NCBI GenBank assembly: GCA_000934665.2
Contig: JYFJ02003347.1
Coordinates: 1 to 43,643, forward strand
Reading direction: 5' to 3'
DNA length: 43,643 bases
Origin: Catajapyx aquilonaris
Taxonomy: Eukaryota
The number at the start of each line of letters is the position of its first letter. Position 1 is the first letter of the stretch. Made by a program: the position numbers and the translations under genes. The notes beneath the pieces are model-generated. The model was not told the origin of the DNA. It saw only the letters and a list, made by a program, of their open reading frames with translations, and did not search any database. Of the stretch, positions 1 through 13,200 are shown piece after piece.

Positions 1-200
1 GGGGGGGTCATTTGTGTTATGTTTCTCTCCCTTCCTGTAGTGATTTTTTCGTCATCTGCACACCTCAACAAATGTACAACGACAGAGCTTCAACACCCTG
101 TAAAGGTCACCTTTGTAACTTTTCCAGTTTTCTAATAAAACCGACACGAAGTTCCAACCGCTTTTTGCAGGGGGGCCTATTATTTTGTCCAACCCCTGAT
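1..200. repeat. Diverged partial copy of the MITE family at 16901-18435
   Basis: Matches 18130-18330 (aaatgtaca.cgacagagcttcaa; ctttttgcaggg...ttattttgtccaacccctg). Confidence 0.65.
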
Positions 201-1074
201 CCATCTTCAGTCTTAGAACTGAAAATTTTGTTCGTGCATTTAGGTTTTATTTATAAAGCGAAAAAACGAAAGAAAACTACAGATCATTTACTCTACTACC
301 ATAAATCACATGGTATAATCATTTAAAATGCCAAAGGTACTGTTACTGTGTTCGAAGGTGCTGGAAAGGACGTTTGTGCAAAACCCTGCAGACGGGACCT
401 ATCCCGCGTGTTTGCTAATTGTTGTTAAAAAATGTTGTTTCTAAGAAATTATTTCCGGTGGACTATTACATAAATGCACATACAGTATATCTGGCACTAA
501 TATTGCTAACAGCTTTCAAATTTCAAAACCTTTCAAACGTCAAATTGGCCTCTATTTTGTTGAACTGCGCTTATAAGTATATGTTGAAGGTGTTTCATAG
601 GTGATGAAAAGATCGATTTGTTCGAAATAATCGGCATTTTGTCTTTAAATATTTGCATTAATTTCGTTTCATATTATAACCTACACATTGCAGTTCGCAT
701 TTGCGTCGAAATATTCCTAGAACCTATCCTTTAAAATGCAGCAAAATAACGGAAAGTCTATAGTTAAAGCAATTGGCCCCCTCGACACCTGGGGCAGTGA
801 ACCTCATTTTATGACTCTCAAATACTTGTGTGAGAGGAGAGGGTAACCGTGGGGGTGTAAGGTGGGGGTGTGAGGTGGGTACCCCCCCCCCCCTTCCTAC
901 AAACCCTCCCTAGTCATAAAAATACAAATGAACATTGAACCCTCAGATATGTCATTTCGTAAGTTGTTGATATACAGCCAGAACTAACAATGATTGTGGT
1001 CACAACAGTCTGGACTATCAGCCTCGTCGGGAAGTCAAATTTTGGGCCCGATTTTGGTTGTAACTCGGAACCGG

Positions 1075-1154
1075 TTGCCTCCGCTGGGAATTGAACCCAG
1101 GTCCACACGGCTCGGGTAAGTGTACGTGTGTGTTCTGCCACTGAACTACAGAGG
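1075..1154 (-). mobile_element. tRNA-derived SINE head or tRNA pseudogene
   Basis: Reverse complement shows an A box (TAGTTCAGTGGCAGAAC), a B box (GGGTTCAATTCCC) and CCTCTG/CGGAGG acceptor-like ends; the anticodon arm is abnormal. Confidence 0.6.
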
Positions 1155-3024
1155 TCATTTTGGTCGAGTTACTTGGCACAAATTAGCCAATGGGACGGTT
1201 GGACTCATCACTCATGATTTACATATTAAAATATTTGGTCCCGATTTTAAAATCCACGCTCATTACCTACTATTTGCAGTCACTAATTGGCAGCATGACG
1301 CATCAGCAGTTTCAATCCACACCGCAATTAATGCTCAAAATCCTATTGAAGTACCCTATACATATGACGCAATATTCTAAAATCAACCCGCATTTTAGGC
1401 CTCTCCCTGGCCTACGCTACTGTACAAATATTGCCGCAGTGTCCTATTTAACATTCGTTCAACTGTCTGGACTCATTCTGCATTCAGCCCATATTGCCTC
1501 CAAAAAAAAGTCCAGCTCGCCCAATAGCATTGATATAAAAAAAAAATTTAAATCCGCCTCTGGTTTTGCATATCCATAGATCCTTATCACTTGTACCATG
1601 TTCGGTATACCTAACGATGATCTATGGTCGCAAAGGGAGAGCCTCCCAGTTTGGATTTATACCCAAATTATGGCAACGATCTTAGAACTTGGAACCCGGG
1701 CCTATATCGACTAAGTGCAGTCTTACGTGCAGACTCCAGCCCCCTGGGAGATTTGGCGAGAAACGGCGCACATGTTTACGAGCCACCTCGGGTGTCCACA
1801 GGGAATGCAATTTACAGCCGCTGATAATGGTCACACGTATTTTTATCAAAAGTTGCCTAGGTTGAAGGCAATATATGGCGCACTGCACAACACGTGTTGT
1901 ACTAGGTCAACCTCCAGTTACCACCGGTTACTCGTGGTTAGCTGTCCATACACCTACATGTGGATAAGGATAACAACATCCACCACCTGGTAGTATGGCA
2001 ATGGTCCAGAGCCCAAATCCGATCGTGTGCAGTGTGAGGGATAATTAACCTTTGACACCCCCCCCCCCCCCNNCCCCCCCCCCCCCAGTGAGAAGGTATA
2101 CGCACCCGGAGAGACAACGAGGTTTTGTCGCGAATCCAAGCTGGAGCTGGACTGGCTGGCTGACACACAATACACAGCGCACAGAAACAGGGCAACACTT
2201 GGGTAGCCAAGGCTGCCACTTGCCTGCACCGCGCTGTTGCCTGATTGGGGGAATTGGGAAAGGTAGGGTGGGAAATAAGATTGCTTGTGATATGTGGGTT
2301 TGTTCAGGTGAATGTTGTGGATGGTAAACATGGGATAATGGTATACTTGAGGATGGAAATAGTGACAGCTTGACGAACTCGGAGTGATATACAATAGGAA
2401 ATTATGGGGTCAAGGGGGTTACTTATGACATATATACGTACCAATGATAGCTTGATATTTTCGTACGGGAAAGGGGAAGGGGAAATCCAGTTTTTACTAC
2501 TACAACTGCGATGACTCATATGTTGTGTCATTGGCGTAATGTACTGTAAAAGGTACCGTGATATTTTTTATTGTTCATATTTAATGGCAGTCTGAAACTT
2601 CATTCGTGGGTGAAAGGACAGGGCAGGTGAACTTGCCAAACTATTGTTATATTCTTATATTGCCTATTGATGAAAATTGCATGCTCGATATAGCAATTAC
2701 AATGGCAACAGTTAGGTTATGATTGTGAGATAATGATCGGGAGCACCAATAAGGGCCTTTCAGTCTTATTCAGTGCCTTATTGGTACTGTAGGAGTGTAT
2801 AATAGGTTATGCTCTTGAGAGTGCTGACAGATATCCGTCGGAGAGAGGAGATATGTAAGTCAATCAGATGACAAGAGACATTTAAAAGTTTGTCATTAAA
2901 CTATAAGGTTGTGTACGTACATGCTCTATCTGCAATCGTATCAGAAATCAATAACGCTTTTATGCTTCTGGTTATATATCAGGAAGCGACGTGTCACCTT
3001 CGCATGGTCCAATCCTATATGGAC

Positions 3025-3119
<95 letters not shown>
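3025..3119. repeat. (AAT)n microsatellite
   Basis: About 31 AAT units with one interruption. Confidence 0.95.
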
Positions 3120-5989
3120 GTGGTTTCACTTTTTTCGGGACACATTCGACAACAGTTAGTAATTATAAAAATCTTCACATTAACAATAACTGTAGGGTAC
3201 GTGGAAGATCATGTCCAAATTACACGTGCTGAAAATTAACCTTTCATTTATAAGGCTATCATATTGCACCTAATCTATAGTAGATAAAACGGTAAACACA
3301 GCCCGTTTCAGACAGCCCTTATCTGATAACACTGTTGGTTGCCAGTTTGCCACTTCCAGGATAAAACATACCAAGTGCAATTTCCGGCTTGAATCATAAG
3401 CCTGACTTGACTCACTCGAGGGAATAAACTTTACTTTTTCGCGTGAAGAACAACAAAGGGTCTGTCATCACCCGGTCTTCCCACTTCAGTCCCGACGTTG
3501 TTTCCTCATTGCATCAAAAGTTTTTGGGAGAGCGCAAAAAGATCTTGGCAACACCGCCTGCTCCAATCACTTTCCTCTCCTTTCGCTTCCTTTTCGGCCA
3601 AAGTCGTGTGGGCTCGGAGCAGCATGCACCAATAGCAATGATCCCTCCAAAAATAATCGATGGCGCTAAAGGTTGACTCGCGCAAACTCACACTTTTCTC
3701 ATTTCCTCTCACTTGCGCCACTTTTTTCTACATTTCCATTTTGGATCCAATGGTAAAGTTAGAGGGTTGGAAATACATGCGAGATAATTCGTAAATTTAC
3801 ATTTTATATCATATGTTTTATTAATTATTGGTTCAATCAAGGGCCATTTTGAATCCAACTGCGCGTGACATTTTGATACTAATAAAGGCAAATATTATAT
3901 CGTGTAATATTATATTACAATAACATGACGCACATAGTCGATGGTTTGGCCAGACTTTGGGGGTATGGAGGGGGTGGCGGACTAAGAATATCTGTGGGAG
4001 GGTGGGGAGGCTCAGTCGTCTTCTTTTCTTGGTTCCTTCCTAATTGGTTTCCTCGACCTTTGGGGAGAGAAACTTGGGAATGAATTTCTCGGCCTCGGTT
4101 ATTTATTGCACCCTTGGTTCCCAAGTTTCCCTGCGGCAAATCGATCCACATTCATGGCTACTGGACCCCCCCTCCATCTCCCCATTCCCCTCCGATTGAT
4201 TGCCCCATCCCCGCCTCCCCCGCCAATCTACTACTTGGCACGAAAACACGCATTCTCAAGGGATTTGGAATCGTCGCCTCAGACATCGACACTGGTGTCT
4301 CTACTTATTCCTAGCTCACCCCCTACTGGTGACCCGTTAAAAAAATGTCGCAATTTTTGTGCAACTGTAGTGGCCATTCCCCAAGGCTGTTATGTAATGT
4401 CAGCAGTAACGTGAACCCTGATACATGTTACATGATATGAAGATTATGAACTGCATAATTCAAATGGTAGCGTGTCATCATCAAGGGTTACATTAATGCT
4501 ATATCATAGGTACTAAGGCAGCCATATGGTGCGTGAGTGTCAACTATAAAAAAACAGCTAAATCCTTAACTATTATTTTAAATGAAAAATTCCGGCTCTT
4601 TTCACTTTCCAGCTCGACATCATTCGTGATATCCTGCTTTCTCATAATCTTGGATAACGCCCTTCCATGAACTCGACCCAATAATGCGAACCTGCCACGT
4701 CCATCACCACGGAATGACCCTAATGTGAATCAAACCCACACCACCCTTTTAAAAAAAGGGAGGGCAATAACTCGAACCGCAAGCTCCATAACACGAAACA
4801 GTTCCTGTCGTAGCGATATTCTTATCACCCCGATTAGTTAACCTTTTACCATCCTATATATCCCCATTGCAACTTTTGCTCCAGTGGGCGCATCTAAAAA
4901 TACCTTGTCTCTTCACTTGGCAATAAACACTGCATCTGTCTGTCCGACGGTCGTTCACTGGGCTGTATTTTTGGTTGTCCCACGGCTGCCACATTTCTTA
5001 CGAAAAAAAAAAAAAAACATCCCGGAAGAGATGGATTTCCCTCCAAATTCAAAATGCATGGCGGATGTGCTATTGAAAAATGCCAGAGGGGAAAGGACCT
5101 GGTGGCTGAGGCATGGGGGGGGATTTTGGATAAAGGGAGTGAAAAATGCGTGGATCGATTTGGAGAAGATTGATGGTTAGAGAGGTTCATGCAGTAGTGG
5201 AACACCCGGTGGGACAGAGTATGATGACTGAATCTGAATGACAAAGCGCACCATTTGAACCTGGCGCGATATTATATCACTTCCTGTTTGTGACAGTTAT
5301 CTGGAATAATGAGTCGGGCGTTCAATGTCCGCGAGTTATATGCACCGCTGATAAAATATTACTCGAGTGCAAGTCATGTGGTATTTTTTTTAAAGAAATA
5401 TTACCCTGTGTGTGTAAAATGCTCGGTAAAATGATCCTTCATTTCCGATATTTAATTTACGCATATTGGTAGAAAATAGATCATTTTGGTCCACTGCACC
5501 ATTATTTAGTGAGAGAAAATAATATTCCTCCCTGAATGGTGCTGCTGCCTGTTGGAAAGGGAGGACATTTCTGCTTCTGCTTCTGTTTTCTTTTTTGCCT
5601 CAATATCTTGCATACATGACGAACCGGCTATGTCTGAATTGCGTTAGATTCAAGCCGACATCAAGGCAAATAGAAGAGCAGGCACAGAAAAACATCTTAA
5701 GCCAAATCACGTACTCCCATTAATCGTACATCTATACTAGTAATATTGAAACGACCATGACACCCTCATTAGGTTGCATTATGCTGTCCCTGACGTAGGT
5801 TCTGACGCCTGTATTTTTTTACCATGTTTATAATTTTCCAAGGGGTCGTTGGTGACTGCTTTGATGTCCTAATGAAGCAGAGGATGTTGACGTGGAAAAA
5901 CTTGTGGTTTGAACATGCTAATGTACTGATACCACACAACCTTCGATCCGACCTTGGAAATATCTGAAGTAGTTACCTCAGATAAATTT

Positions 5990-6650
5990 TGTTAGCGGCA
6001 TGTATGTAGACAATCGAACATGTGCGAGTATCGTGGCCGCCCAATCTGTACTCGCAACCGATTAGATATACGGTATGGTCCGCGTACGATATAACAAATG
6101 CTGTATACATGTGCACAAAATCTCCATATCTGCAACACCTGCCTGTTGTATTCCCACTCATTTGGTGTTGCCTTGACTTCCTGCAGTACATGTACTGAAG
6201 GTCAGACATGCCAAGGTTGCAAGGCTCGATATGACCGCAGGCAATATCCGTGCAGCATCCTTTTGAGCAGGTATACTGTGCGCAGCATTTGGCGGAAGGT
6301 ACTACGAACTGACCGCATGTGTGACACGTGTGACATACGGTCATAGGGTACTATCACCGGAATGCGTGAGCGGGCGGTGCGGCAACGCTGCAACTTGCCT
6401 TGTGCACTGGCGTAGCAACGTTTGTGATGGAGCCTTTGCGATGGGATCAGTGTCCCGTCTGCAGTCATAGCAAACGCACGCCGTCTCACCCGTCCGGTTA
6501 TTAAGAGCCGCCAACTCGCGTAGTGGGGGTGACCTGACCTCTGAAACTCGCGACCGCCACGTACATAAGTCTGTAAGTTAGCCAGCCAGGTATGATTTCG
6601 GGTTGTTAGTGGGGATTCGATAAGGACACTTCGCATGTCAGGTAGTGCTC
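5990..6650 (+). promoter_or_regulatory. CpG-rich putative promoter and non-coding first exon of PC
   Basis: Visibly CpG-rich compared with the PC gene body. Candidate donors at CT|GTAAGT (6572) and CAG|GTATGA (6589), and a good acceptor TTGTTTTTCAG| at 7231 upstream of the ATG. Confidence 0.5.
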
Positions 6651-7298
6651 CACGTTTTTATGTGAGATAATTCAGTAATTGTGTTTGTATGGGGCTGTTC
6701 ATGTGGCAAGGATAATTGCTGCCGTTTGGTTGGGGGCCGTGCTTATTACTGCAATTGTGGATGCCCCCGATAGGAACTGGAATGATGAGGCAGGCTTTCA
6801 TTCAGTTACGTTATGATTTCACTGTGCTTGTGAAGTAGTTTGGAGCATATACTCACGTGGACAGCATACTCGTAGCGTGAATTTTGTGCATGCATTGGCC
6901 AGGTCAGTACAAGCACGTGATAAGGATGAAACTTGAGTGTTATGCAAGTTGTCATCAAGTTATAATCGAAGGACAGAGGTCAAAGCATGTCAGACTGTAG
7001 GTGATACCCAAAGTGATTGGTAGGCCAAGTGTTGTGATTGCTGCTGCTTGAGTGTTTCTTGTTTGTATTGAAGGGATTTAATATATATCGTGATATGGTG
7101 GGCATTTTCTCACCTTCGGCGTCTGACGTGTATAAGTTGTCACAAAATGCTTGTTGCATTTTTAAAACATCAATGGGAGTTAAAGTATTCTTATTAGTTT
7201 ATTAATTTGTTAATACCTTGTTGTTTTTCAGATGCACTATCGACTGGATTGAAACAAGTGTGCCTTTTCTACATTCCTGCTGCTAAAAGGAAAGCAAG

Positions 7299-10200
7299 AT
7301 GCTGTTGATTCACCTAACCAAGAATAGGATAGGAACAGCATCAGTCATTAAGAGATTGACATGTCCATTATCTACAAATGTACCATACAAGCGTATTGGG
7401 AAAGTCTTAGTTGCTAACAGAGGTGAGTTAACACCAGAAATGGAACTCGGATTCAAAAGGCCATTCTGGATTTTCTTTAAAATGACTCTTCTGCAAGTGG
7501 CAATCCACATGGGTTCAGTTGCTAACGAGAATGATAATTTGGGGAAGGCAGTGACTTGATGAGCCTGTTGTAGCTGGAGAGTGGGGTACAATTTCAGAAT
7601 TGTGAATTTCCTCTATTCCACAGGTGAAATTGCCATCAGAGTCTTCCGAGCATGTACAGAACTTGGAATCCGCTCTGTGGCTGTTTACTCAGAGCAAGAT
7701 AAGATGCACATGCATCGCCAAAAGGCAGACGAGTCATATTTGATTGGAAAAGGACTCCCTCCTGTGGCGGCATACCTGAACATTCCAGAAATCATTCGTG
7801 TGGCAAAGGTTAGTCGTCTTACTGGAAAGGGATAAGCAACTTACTACATTATGCTTGTTGCCTGCTCATAGCCAATACACAAAGAAAGATTCCACCAAGG
7901 TGACATATACACTGTACTCCCGATTATGTGGGTGCGGATTATCCGTTCATTGCCAAAAAATAAAATTTAAATTGAAGTCCGAAAAATGTGTCAAATTTTT
8001 GTCCCACTGCTAGATAATGTTAACTTAGCAGTGCCAGTGCCAATACTAAGTTAGCAGTAACAAGCAGTGGGGCGAAAATTCCACCCACCGTCAATATGTC
8101 TTGCCAGAAAAGCAATATGACAGACTTTCTCCAGAAGACTAAGTAAAAATCTATGGTAAGTTTCATTATTTTGAGTCAACCAAGCAGCATATTCTCTATA
8201 CAGTAGTACATTAAAAACGTGGGAATACCTCATTTTTTACAGTCTAGGACCATTTTCCGATTATCCGGCAACACCCATGCATTCATTACCCGAGATAATT
8301 GGGAGTAGTGTAATTCACATTAGATAAAGAGGCAGTATTGCCAAGACTAAGGGAAGAATTTAATCACATCTTGGAAATGTGCCACCCTTGCCTGGGGAAA
8401 AGAATGTGCACTTGCAGCATGAGAAATGGCCAGAGTGAGGAGCCAGGTGCCTTAGGGCACCAGGTTTGGTACATTAGTGCCTGATTGCACCAACGAAATG
8501 ACCGATTCGATAGCTCCTAACAGATCGTTAGCACACGTTAAAAGGGCTCCTAACAATCCATTAGGATTAGGAGCTGTCGGATCGGTAATTTTGGTTGGTG
8601 AAATCGGGCATAGTAATCTTAGATTTAACATGTTACGTTGCCAATGATGGATAATGTCAGATAATTGTAGACTCTGATTATATCTTACCTGGTGTAACCA
8701 GTTCTTGGACCCTTTGAACAACAAAAATTATATCATTGGGTGCATGATGCACTCCTCACACCCTAAGCATGGTATTGAACTATTAATTATAGTTTCAAAT
8801 AAATTCAAATTTCACTTCTGTTAGGATATGGTGTGTAAAATTTAGCTCATCAAGATTCAACTATAATTTATTAGCCAATTAATGCAATTTACACAGTCTG
8901 GCATCTATCAAGATGCACGGCAGTGCATCCGCCAAGTCTAAGCAACTTCCACTGCCACTGACCCAGACTAGCCTCCTTCTCTCCTTTACTCTTATGTCTC
9001 ACGCTGCCGTGCATCCTTTACTGGAGCTCACTCGCTCTCTGCATTAGGAGAGGGCCCAAATTGGCCTTTTTTTGTCTGATTCATATATATATATATATAC
9101 AGGGTGGTCCAACTTCAAGTGTCGTTTTATAACGACGATTAATAGCAGTGATTTTGCGATGACGTAGCAGCGACGTGTAAAATGTCCCACTTCGGCGCCA
9201 TCGAAAATATTAGCTGCGAATAGCAGCACACATGTAATTAACCCTGCTGCTGGGTTGACCTGGAAAAAAGGAGGTGCACACATGACCTGCGATGCGCCTG
9301 GGTGAAATGGGTGACGTCCAAGGCACCAGATGGACCATGGACCTGTAATGCAAGGGGGAAGCCTGCAAACGAAACACAGCTAATATTTTCGATGGCGCCG
9401 AAGTGGGCCATTTTACACGTGGCTGCTACGTCAATCGTAAAGCGCTTCTATTAATAGCCGTTATTATAATAATAATAATAATTGGTTGGGTAATGCTTTC
9501 ACCCATCAGGGTTTATCGCATGAACCTTTATTTATTTGTTGTGTACATTGGAGCCTTTATACGTATCGCCCAGGCCCATGGGCAGGATGGCAGGAGGGGA
9601 TGTGCAATGTGCAGTGCAATGTCATAGATGTGGTCATTTTGTGAACTCCCCCGGGTGGTTTAGTCTGTAGGAAATACCACCCGAGACGAAGCCAGAGGCG
9701 ACCCTGAACTCTGCATGAGATGAAGGGGGTGTCCCCGGGTTGGGATCGAACCTGGGACCTTAACATCCGTGGGCACGAACATTACCGTTGCGCCACTTCG
9801 CCTCCCGTAGCCATTATAAAACGACACTTGAAGTTGGACCACCCTGTATGTACACAGAGTGATTCTCTCGAATGGAAACCCAAACATTCCTCAATAACTT
9901 TTTACCTATGGTATGGTTCCCGGTGAAAATTGACATGTACCGCCCGCTTGCAAGGGGGATTCCCCCTTGGCAAGCGGGCGGGCGGGCTGGAGATTGAGCC
10001 ATCCCCGCCGCCAGTCGGCAGAAGTCTTCAGTAAAGATGCAGACTCGCATTAAAAAATTCCTGGATGCTGAAGGGGACCACTTTTGGTATATTCTTTAGT
10101 CAGACCTTGTTTGGCATGATACAAGGTAAGTACATGTCAATTTTCACCGGGAACCATACCATAGTTAAAAAGTTATTGAGGAATGTTTGGGTTTCCATTC

Positions 10201-13200
10201 GAGAGAATCACCCTGTATATGCAGGGTTGGGCAAAATGTATGACATGATTTGAATCACGTGGTACGGTGCTGCTGTTTGAGCATGCAGGGGATATTGGCG
10301 TGTGCTGGAGTGGGTAAGGTTTGCCATTTGCAAAAATGGTGTCGTGGTCGCCAGAGCACTGTGCATTCTTTGTGAAGACTTATTTGAAAATTCGCGAGTT
10401 CCCCATAGCTCTATACGAAGGATATTTCTTCGCCATTTTGAGTTGGGATATCAGGACGAAGTTATCGACCACCGGACAAACTTACGGTGGGTGAAGTAAT
10501 TCCTGAATACATCATCATCCCTGGACCAGAATAGCACTGGTCCAAGGACCCAACGGATCCCCCAAGGGGTATTCAACGCGCTACTCCGAAGTCCTGGGCT
10601 ATCGGCCATTCCAAGCGTCAAAAAAGGTTCTTCGCGCCACTTTGTCCCTTGCTTTCAATTGTTGCACAGCTTCATCTTGTAAGGATGAAAGTGCAGGACA
10701 TCATGGATGATGAGGCACAGGGAGCGTGCCGACATTAATTGTGCCAAGGAGTGCCTAACTGCTGATCGCCAAGGACTTCGGAGGAGCGCATTGTGTACAT
10801 CTTGGGAGGGTCAGCTATGTCCTTGGATGTCCACTGCTTTTTTGGTTCCTGATGCTGTGTCCTGGAACTGCTTCACTCCCCTTATGATTGCCCGGTGGTC
10901 AGAGACTTGGTTCTGACATCCCAGCCCAAAATGGCGAAGAAAGATTTTTTGCACAGCTATGGTGGAGTCATGATTTTTAAAAATAAATCTTCACGATGAC
11001 TGCATGGTGCTTTGCAGACCGAGACATCATTTTGCAAATGGCACACCTTCCTCACTCCAGCACACGCCCATATTCCCTGCATGCTCAAACAGCACCACTG
11101 TACCATGTGATTCAAATCATGTCATACATTTTGCACAGGGGTGGCGATAATCCAAAAGATTGACCAGTTCCAGTTATCGTCCAGATCCCAAATTTTGTAC
11201 AAAAATTGGTCCTCATCCGAAACCCCCAGAAAAAGTCTAAAACCGTAAGTCTCCCATCTTGGGTACAGACTGCCGCCATTCAAACACGAAATAAATGCAA
11301 AAAAAAACAACGCAACAATGTCAATACATGATATATGGTCTCCATATTGTTGCATAGAGAATTCTAGAGGCTAGACGTGTTTTTCTCTCACTCTCTGTTC
11401 CAAACCAAACTCTTGGCTTGGTTAACGGTGCAGTTGGGTCTGTACTCAGTGTTACGTTGGTGTTACATACCCCCCGATTAGCCACAAAAAGTTAAATCCG
11501 TAAGAATTAAATTTTCTTTCAGTCAAGAGTTAATACCGGTTAATACCGATCAAGAGCAAATTTCAAATTATGGCAAACACATTCATCCATAGTAGGAAAC
11601 AGTTCTCCTTAACAACAGCTGACGGCATCACGATTCATAAGAGCCAGGGTTTGAGCTTATAGACAGTGCCCTTATGGACTTTGGGTCGTCACTACTTTTC
11701 TGTTGTGGTCAAGTGTATGTGGGCTTGCCTCGAGTCAAAAAATTGGATGGAATTCATCTAATCAACTTTGATCCCATTCAAGTTAAAGCTAACGATAAAA
11801 CTATAATGGAATATAACAGACTAAGACTTAAATTCAAGCTGGACCTTTGCAGTTTCCAATTCACTCATTCTAAGAGGCATCCAAAGGTCCCTGACCGAGT
11901 CTCGGCTGCATCCGAATATGTACATCGGGTTCAAGAGGATAACCAAACAGATCTCCAATGTCATGTCTCAGACCATGGTGCCGGTGGTGGTGGTGTGGGG
12001 GTGGGTCGTCATGGACAATACTCAAAGTGAATGCAGCGCCAATAGATTCTCGGGACAAGGACATTGGCCATACTCTGAGGCAGCTCAATTTTCACTTTCT
12101 TCGTGTCATTCATTCATTCAACCTTGATTCAACTTAACAAAAAGTGGTGAGATACCCCTCAAAAACGCACTCGTAATAAACACTCCAAGTCGTCTGCCGC
12201 AAAAAACCTGTAAGATAGTGTCTGGGCGCCAAGCCTTGTCCACTCCACCGTACAAAGTCGTGAGATCATGGTGGACGCCAAGCCTTTCTTCCAGGCTATA
12301 AGCTAAGTGAGATGACTTGGCCGAACTTGATTCACGTGCACTAGGAACCATGCGATACGCGGTTTAATACAATAGAAAGTAAACCTATAACACTCATTGG
12401 TAGAGCCATTACCCAAAAATGTGACCTTCGAATGGAATATTTACTTTTAACTGTCAATGGTGGAGCAGTAACGTAACAGTGTTAAAAGTACATAATTATA
12501 TAGTTCCTTGATTCATTAGTGATTAGAATAATTATTATAAATATACTTGGACCTCTGATTCGTATCACAGGAACCACCAAATGTCACCTTCGAACCGCAC
12601 ATGATTATAATCGTGGTTTATTAGACTTGAAAATTGAGTCGTACAGCTAAAATTGGGAGAACAGTAACTTTACCAAATTCCAGCGAACTGAGTGCGTATT
12701 GTTCCTCGTGCACGTGAACCAAGTCCGGCCAAGTCATCTCACTTAGCTTATAGCCTCGAAGCAAGGCTTGGCGTCCACCACGATCTCACAACTTTGTACG
12801 GCGGAGTGGACAAGGCTTGGCGCCCAGACACTACCTCACAGGTTTTTTCGGCAGACGACTTGGCGCGTTTTTTACGAGTGCGTTTTTGAGGGTTGATAAT
12901 ACTAGAATTTGTAATTATCACAATATGCTTCATGATGATTGCAAGGCAGCTTGTTTCAGATCACTCAGAGAAGTCAAAATAGGATCTGGTGCTATTTATC
13001 CTAACGTGAAAGGAAGTAGTATTGTATAAGGCTATAATTATACTTGTCTATGAAATTTTTAAAATGTGCAGTAAACATGCAAAAGTGTGACTTCAATGGG
13101 ACAGAGGAATGGTGAAGAAACAGTATGTTGATGGCATGTGAGCAAGTGCAAGATTTAATCTTTGCCTTTGATTATCTTGTAACTGGTTTTTTGAACGTCA

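Noticed and set aside
2890..3159. Poly-Ile/Asn/Tyr ORFs
   Set aside because: Translations of the (AAT)n microsatellite.
3440..5980. Protein-like fragments at 3440-3720, 4880-5240 and 5560-5980 (similarly 30340-30860)
   Set aside because: No recognisable motifs or long continuous frame; probably old repeats that cannot be called from sequence alone.
10122..10135. TACTTACCTTG on the minus strand resembling the U1 snRNA 5' end (also near 34245)
   Set aside because: No U1 body follows; it is part of a MITE end.
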